DNA of 26,383 bases from a virus (lineage: Duplodnaviria > Caudoviricetes), in IMG/VR virus record IMGVR_UViG_3300046786_000845, positions 1 through 26,383 of that record; one strand, written 5' to 3'. The notes beneath the pieces were generated by a model. It was not told the origin of the DNA, searched no databases, and worked only from the letters and a program-made list of their open reading frames with translations. Every line of letters begins with the position of its first letter. Positions within the stretch are counted from its first letter, which is position 1. The translations under genes were made by a program, and so were the position numbers. This document shows, one piece after another, positions 20,843-26,383 of the stretch.

Positions 20843-23800
20843 TTAAGCGGCCCTCAGCAGGATCACGTCATCCCGACCCGGCGGCAGGCCGTCGGTGTCG
20901 AATTTACGCAGGCGATCATCGATGCTCTTCAGGGGGGTAATCTGGGCCGTGCCCACCGTGGCAATCACGCTCCGGAGTTCAATGATCTCGGCGCGCAGAC
21001 TGTCAAAGCCGGCGGCTTGCGGGGTGGTGGCTGGGAGCGGGTCCTGGGCCGCCCCGCCCAGGGTGGGGGCCTGGTCCTGATCCCGCAGGGACAGGTAATC
21101 GACCATAGTTTGATTTAGGACCTTCAGCGCCTCGTCGATCGATAGCACGGCGGCATAGGTCCCCAGGGCGATCTCCATCTTTTCGCGGGCATCCTCCAGA
21201 AGATCATCCAGCCGCTTTAACTCCGCGGCGCGCCATTCATCAGCCTGCTGGAGTTGTTCATCTACCGCATCCATCTGCTCTTGCTGCATACGGTCGGCCT
21301 GGGTAAGTTGCGCGTCCAGGGCCGCGGTTTGCGCCTCCAGGGCCTCAAGCTGGCGCTCGGCGGCGGTCTTCTGCGCCAGGCCGAGCCGTTCCAGTTCCAG
21401 AAGGTTGGCATAGGTCGCTTGCTGGTTGCTGCGATAGGCGTTGGCGCTGGCGTAGTTGCCTTTATCGTCCCGGTTGAGCGTGCCCATCACCCGGTCGAAG
21501 GCCTCTTGATCGGGCAAGATGCCCTGGCTGGCCCAGTTGGCAAGTTGGCGGCGGGCCGTAGCCAGGGCTATATCAGATACCGCCAGTTGCCCCCGGATAG
21601 TGTCCAGGGCCGATTGGACGCTCCCCAGGATGCCCTCGATTTTCGACAGGGCCTCTTGAGCAGCGCTGATCTGCGTTTGCAGGGCCTCGCGCTCGGCGTT
21701 GATGGCGGCAATCCGTTCCTCATGCGCGGCGGCGATGGCCTCGCGCTCGGCGTTGATGGCGTCCACCCGGGCCTGATAGGCCTCCTCGACCTGCTGGCGC
21801 TCGGCGGCTACCGCCCGTTCCAGGGCGGCGTAAGCCGCGTTCATGGCCGCCTTGGCGTCCTCAAGGCGGTAGATTTCCTCCAGCAAGGCGCGATTGGTGG
21901 CGTCCAATGCCCCCTTTAATTCCTGCTCGCGTTGCAACCTGAGCACCAGAGCGTCATCCCCCCGGGCGGCAGCCAGGCGCTGTTGCAGGCTGGCGTTTTG
22001 CTCCGCGGCGGCGGCGATGGCGTCAAAGAACTGATCAAAGGTGTCGACGTATTTCAGCAGCTCCTTGACGGCCTCGCCGCCCGCATCGGGTAAAGCCGCG
22101 ATGGTGCGCACAAAGTCTGCCATACCCTTCGGATCGCGCAGGTCGCCTTTATAGCCGGCCTTGCGAAACGCATCCTCGCCCGCCTTAATGCGATCCGGAG
22201 AGGCGCCGTTGGTGGGGCTGAGGACCTCGGCAAAGTCCAGCAGTGAGGCACGTTGCGATAGTTCGGAAAATACCAGATTCAGGGCGTCAAGCCGCCCGCC
22301 GAGGATGGCCATCTGCTCGGCCGTCAGGATGCCACTGGCAACCAGTTTATCGAATTCTTCACGGGTCTTGGGCATGGTTATGCCCCACTTATCAAAGAGG
22401 TCGGTGAGCTCATCAAAGGCTCTTGCCGCTTTATCCTGTGGCCGTAACCAATCCATGAAGGCCTCCACTCCGTCAAATACCGCGTCAAAGGCCGGGGCGA
22501 GCTTCATCAATTCCACATAGAACTTTCTCCCGGCCTCGGTAGTCAGGTCAATACTATTAACGAGGTCAATGAAGGCCTGGCGGTCTTTCATGACCGAGAG
22601 ATCAACGGCGAGGTTGAGGCTCTTGAAACCGGCGGTGATGGCCTTGATGGCCGCCTCGATATTGCGGGTGAATTTGGCCGTGTCGCTAAAGAATTGGTCA
22701 AAATAGACGGCCTGCAATTGCATTAGCCCCGCCATGCCAACCCCGGCCGCGTCCGCCGTTGCGGCCAGGTCGCGGGCCAGGTCGATGAAGGCGGTGCCGG
22801 TGGCGGCCACGGTCTGGCCGGACAGCTCCAGGGCGGTGGAGAGGCCGGTGAGGTTGAGGGACATGCGGGCCAGGGCCTGGGCGATGGTCTCGCCCGCCCC
22901 CTGCGCGTGGCGGGCATAGTCCACCAATTTTAGGGCGTTGGCGGTCAGGTCGTCGCCCAGTTCCAGGATCTTGCCGGCGTCGGTCCCTTCCAGTGCCTTG
23001 GCCATGGTGATGACGGCGGTGGTGGTCTGCATGGCCGTCTCGATCTGCTTGGCCATGCTCTCGGCGGTGCCGGAGAGGTCGCCCACCACCGCCTTCATGA
23101 CCACGGCCACGCTGTCGCCGGTGGCGGCGGCGGCGTCGATGATCTGGGTAAAGGCCACGTCGAAGGCCTCATTCACGTCCATGGCATAATTGAGGATGCC
23201 GGTCCTGGCGTAATGCTCGTTGGAGATTTGCTTGAGGGTCGCTTCGACCTCGGCCGCCACGTCGGCGCCGTAAAACTGTTCCAGGGCCTCGGACATTTTG
23301 GCGAAGCCCTCGAAGACCGCGCGCGCCTCCTCGGCGTCGATGTTGGCGGAGCCCTTGTCGTTCATGCCGAAGGTCAGGCCGAAGCCGCCGGCGACCCCCA
23401 CGCTGTCCTCAAACTGCCCGGTGCCGCCGTGGGTGGTGGCGGCATAGGCGCCGTAGCGGGGCTTCTGGTCCTTTTGATATTTGGCAAAAATGCCGTAAGC
23501 GATGGCGGCGATAGGCAGGGCTGCGATCAGGTAGGGGGCGGCGGCGCCGATGGCGAAAGCCATGGAGCCGGTACTGGCGGCGCCAGAAGACAAGGCCGCG
23601 ACCGATGAGGCTCCGCCCAAGATGCCGGAAGAACTCATAATGCTGGTCGCGGCCATAAAGCCATCCATCAACCCGGTGTAGGTCGCGGCGCTGAACAGGC
23701 TGGTCACCCCACTCCACAAACTCGACCCCATCGACAGCAGATTGCCGAAGCCGCCCGCCCCGCTGGCGGCATTGGCAACGGTGCCGGTAGCCCCCGCCGT

Positions 23801-26095
23801 GCCTGCCCCGCCGGTCATGCCGGCGGTGATGGCCACCACCAGCGGCTTGGTAATCAGGGCGTGGGCCACTTCGGCCAGCCACGAGGTAATGGCGCGCTTG
23901 AGGCTGTCGAGGGTGGACTTGGCGCCGGAAAACAGGTCTTGCCACAGGTTGGCGAAGGTGTCGTCAATGCGCTTGACGGCGTTTTTCCAGACTTCGGCCC
24001 AGGCGTCGGCCTCGTTGTTGTTCTTCTTTTCGGCCTCCGTCAGCTTGTCCATGGCCTTCGCGGCGCCTTCGACCTTCAGGCTTCCATCCGCCAGCACGGC
24101 CGCCAGCTTGGCGCGATCCTCGGCCAATTCGCGCGCCTTGGCGCCTTCGGTGTCGTACTTGTCGATCAGCTTTTGGGCGTCGTTGGTGGCGGTGTCGTAG
24201 GCTTCCGCCACCTTCTTGACCATCTCGGTGTAGTCCTTACCCACCAAGTCGCCCTTGGCGTGGGCCTCGGCAATCAGGTCGGTAGCCTCGGCCAGCTTTT
24301 CGGCGTCATCGCGGGCGGGGAGGAACTGCTTAATCAGGGCGTCAAGGTCTTTCTCGTATTCCTTGGCTTCCTTGGCAGCCGCTTTATTTGCCGCACCTCC
24401 TGCCTTGGCCGCGGCGGTGCTTTTGCCATGTGCGCCAGCCAGATTGTTTTGCTCGAAGGCGTGCAGCTTGGCCGCTATAGCCGCTTTGTGTTGTTGATCG
24501 GCATGGGCGGCGGTGATGACCGAGCCCAGTTCGGTTTCTAAGTTGTCTGCGGCAATCGCCCCCGCCTTCTTTGCGATTTCCTGGCTAGCGGCGGCGATCC
24601 CGGCAGACGCGCGCGTGTTGGCTTCTCCCAGCATGTCGGTGTATTGCACCGCGCCCGACAAGCCTTCCTTGAGGCGATCAAAGCTGAAACCCGATTCAAT
24701 GCTCATGGCCACTTCGCCAGCCAGGACGCCAGCAGATCGACCGATCCAACGAAACAGATTCATGATGTAGTTGACGGCGCCCGATGTGAGCGACATCAAG
24801 CCCGACATGGTGGCCGACCAGACGGACAGGACAGCGTTTCCGGCGGACGAAACCACGGGCGGCAGGCTGTTGAACACGCTTGATACATAGGACGAGAAGG
24901 TAGCCCATACCGCCTCGGAATAGCTGGCGGTCGTCTCCCACACGGCAGACACCGTGGCCCCGACCGTCGTCGTTGTCTGGCCGATGGTGATCGTTTCATC
25001 GCGTAGCGTGTAGAGGACGCCTACCAGGGCGCCGATGCCCGCGATGGCCAGGGTTATGGGATTGGCCAGGAGGATGGCGGCAAAGGCGCCCCACACGCCC
25101 GTAGCGATGCCCGCGGCGGCACTTAGAGCCGTCATCAGGCCGATGGCCCCGCCGATGGCGCCCGCCGTGGCCGCGATGGCGGTGGTGGTGTCGGACCAGA
25201 CGCCGGTTTTCAGTTCGTTGTAGGTGGTGGCGATGCCCTCTCCCAGGCTGGTCATGGTGCTCCCGAAGGCGCTGGCCACGCCATTGGCCCCGGTCATGCC
25301 CTCGCCTAGGCTGGCAATGCCGCTACTCACGTCGTTAAGTACGGTGATAACGCCTTGCGTCAAGCCGGTATCGCCCAATTTGACCCAGAATTGATCCCAG
25401 GCATCGCCCAGGTTGGAGATTGAGCCCTCCAGGGTCTTGGCCTGGCGCTCCATGCCGCCGGCAAACTGCACGTTGCCGATGCCCAGCAGGTATTGCTCAA
25501 TGGCCTGGGCATTGTTGGCAATGGTGGTGGTAACGCCTTGGAAGGTCAGAGCGACGCTGTTGCCCTCCACCTCGGCCTTGACGCCGAACTCCTTGAGGCG
25601 TTCGAACTCGCCGGTGGCCGCGTCCGCTACGGCCTCGACCATCTGGTTGAGGCTCTTACCCATGGCGCCCGCGGTGTTGCCGTAGCTGGTCAGCGCAGCA
25701 ATGGACGGGTCAAGCCCCATGGACTTGAGCTTAATGAAGCCCTGGACCGCTTGTTCCAGGCTATAGGGCGTCTGAGCGGCGAAGCCCTGGAGCACTGTCC
25801 AGGCGGTGCTGGCCTTGTCAACCGACCCCGTCACCGTTTCCAGGCTGGCGCGTAATAGCCCCGCCTGACGATTGGCCGCCGTGAAAGATGCCGCCAGCGC
25901 CCCCACCGACAGCGCGGCGCCGGCGGTCAGGGCCAGGCCTTGCAGGGAGGAAGACAGGGTCTTGAAGCCCCCGGCGGCCGCCTTGGCCTCCTGGCCGGTG
26001 GCGTCGAGCGCGCCCTTGACCTTATTGAGCCCGACGATGGCGGCGGAGCCGTCGGCGTTGATCTGGAGCTTGACGGTTAAGGGGCCGCTAGCCAT
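20843..26095 (-). CDS. Tail tape measure protein (1750 aa)
   Basis: Start reassigned to MASGPLTVKLQINADGS at 26095; tape-measure N-terminal domain (FAAQTPYSLEQ...ADAATGEFERLKEFG); Ala-rich helices, hydrophobic segments, coiled coils. Confidence 0.93.
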   Translation of the reverse strand: MASGPLTVKLQINADGSAAIVGLNKVKGALDATGQEAKAAAGGFKTLSSSLQGLALTAGAALSVGALAASFTAANRQAGLLRASLETVTGSVDKASTAWTVLQGFAAQTPYSLEQAVQGFIKLKSMGLDPSIAALTSYGNTAGAMGKSLNQMVEAVADAATGEFERLKEFGVKAEVEGNSVALTFQGVTTTIANNAQAIEQYLLGIGNVQFAGGMERQAKTLEGSISNLGDAWDQFWVKLGDTGLTQGVITVLNDVSSGIASLGEGMTGANGVASAFGSTMTSLGEGIATTYNELKTGVWSDTTTAIAATAGAIGGAIGLMTALSAAAGIATGVWGAFAAILLANPITLAIAGIGALVGVLYTLRDETITIGQTTTTVGATVSAVWETTASYSEAVWATFSSYVSSVFNSLPPVVSSAGNAVLSVWSATMSGLMSLTSGAVNYIMNLFRWIGRSAGVLAGEVAMSIESGFSFDRLKEGLSGAVQYTDMLGEANTRASAGIAAASQEIAKKAGAIAADNLETELGSVITAAHADQQHKAAIAAKLHAFEQNNLAGAHGKSTAAAKAGGAANKAAAKEAKEYEKDLDALIKQFLPARDDAEKLAEATDLIAEAHAKGDLVGKDYTEMVKKVAEAYDTATNDAQKLIDKYDTEGAKARELAEDRAKLAAVLADGSLKVEGAAKAMDKLTEAEKKNNNEADAWAEVWKNAVKRIDDTFANLWQDLFSGAKSTLDSLKRAITSWLAEVAHALITKPLVVAITAGMTGGAGTAGATGTVANAASGAGGFGNLLSMGSSLWSGVTSLFSAATYTGLMDGFMAATSIMSSSGILGGASSVAALSSGAASTGSMAFAIGAAAPYLIAALPIAAIAYGIFAKYQKDQKPRYGAYAATTHGGTGQFEDSVGVAGGFGLTFGMNDKGSANIDAEEARAVFEGFAKMSEALEQFYGADVAAEVEATLKQISNEHYARTGILNYAMDVNEAFDVAFTQIIDAAAATGDSVAVVMKAVVGDLSGTAESMAKQIETAMQTTTAVITMAKALEGTDAGKILELGDDLTANALKLVDYARHAQGAGETIAQALARMSLNLTGLSTALELSGQTVAATGTAFIDLARDLAATADAAGVGMAGLMQLQAVYFDQFFSDTAKFTRNIEAAIKAITAGFKSLNLAVDLSVMKDRQAFIDLVNSIDLTTEAGRKFYVELMKLAPAFDAVFDGVEAFMDWLRPQDKAARAFDELTDLFDKWGITMPKTREEFDKLVASGILTAEQMAILGGRLDALNLVFSELSQRASLLDFAEVLSPTNGASPDRIKAGEDAFRKAGYKGDLRDPKGMADFVRTIAALPDAGGEAVKELLKYVDTFDQFFDAIAAAAEQNASLQQRLAAARGDDALVLRLQREQELKGALDATNRALLEEIYRLEDAKAAMNAAYAALERAVAAERQQVEEAYQARVDAINAEREAIAAAHEERIAAINAEREALQTQISAAQEALSKIEGILGSVQSALDTIRGQLAVSDIALATARRQLANWASQGILPDQEAFDRVMGTLNRDDKGNYASANAYRSNQQATYANLLELERLGLAQKTAAERQLEALEAQTAALDAQLTQADRMQQEQMDAVDEQLQQADEWRAAELKRLDDLLEDAREKMEIALGTYAAVLSIDEALKVLNQTMVDYLSLRDQDQAPTLGGAAQDPLPATTPQAAGFDSLRAEIIELRSVIATVGTAQITPLKSIDDRLRKFDTDGLPPGRDDVILLRAA

Positions 26096-26383
26096 GACTG
26101 AGGATCTCCCGGGTGACGTTGGGATGGGGCTGAACCGGCGGCTTCGGGGTTTTCGCCCGTTGCTGGCTGATGATGGCCAGGAATTCCCGCTCCAGGACCT
26201 GGATGTCGTCGAAGCGGCGCGGGGGATCGCCGCGCAACTGCATGGCGGCCGCGACCCCGGCATAGTCCAGGCCAGTCGGGGTGCCATCCATCCCGGCGCG
26301 CTGCCATTGGGTCTCGACCGCTAGATACAGGTCCACGCTGGCGACGTTCTCCGGCCACAGTTCGACCGCTTCACAAGCGCCAC
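26088..26383 (-). CDS. Tail assembly chaperone, DUF1799-like; partial, runs off the right edge
   Basis: Frame open to the window edge: ...VELWPENVASVDLYLAVETQW...TGLDYAGV..., immediately upstream of the tape measure gene. Confidence 0.82.
   Translation of the reverse strand, partial: GACEAVELWPENVASVDLYLAVETQWQRAGMDGTPTGLDYAGVAAAMQLRGDPPRRFDDIQVLEREFLAIISQQRAKTPKPPVQPHPNVTREILSHG

Larger units (their letters stand above)
1..26383. mobile_element. Temperate tailed phage (siphovirus-like), non-integrated configuration
   Basis: Terminase, lysis, replication, integrase and tail genes with no host housekeeping genes; integrase and tail end are joined across an intact attP-like site. Confidence 0.9.

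Noticed and set aside
21683-21761. 25-bp direct repeat with 54-bp period
   Set aside because: Encodes the repeated AINAEREA peptide; ordinary tape-measure repeat.
26096-26287. 64-aa N-terminal extension of the tape measure ORF in the track
   Set aside because: It overlaps the DUF1799-like chaperone gene in another frame; the typical tape-measure start is ATG 26095.

Overview
About 26 kb of a GC-rich, temperate, siphovirus-like phage genome, apparently in its non-integrated (circular or virion) configuration. A divergent promoter pair at ~7540-7630 drives two arms. The leftward (minus) arm runs: single small HTH regulator, TraR/DksA-like Zn finger, primase-polymerase/helicase, a ~205-bp concentric palindrome (putative origin), DUF559-type nuclease, dCMP deaminase, Mor/C-type activator, lysis cluster, terminase small subunit (cut by the left edge). 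The rightward (plus) arm runs: small early genes, ParB-like DGQHR protein, lipoprotein, Sak4/SSB/Cas4-like exonuclease/SF2 helicase recombination module, HNH protein, large serine recombinase. The recombinase converges head-to-head with the end of the tail module (tail chaperone, 1750-aa tape measure, two tail-tip proteins). The most striking signal is a putative attP inside the 3' end of the recombinase gene. It carries 16 bp matching the 3' end of a proteobacterial tRNA-Glu, so integration would swap the recombinase C-terminus (...RRAA, degron-like) for a tRNA-encoded one. No CI-type repressor is visible in the window. All family calls are from motif recognition by eye, not from database searches.
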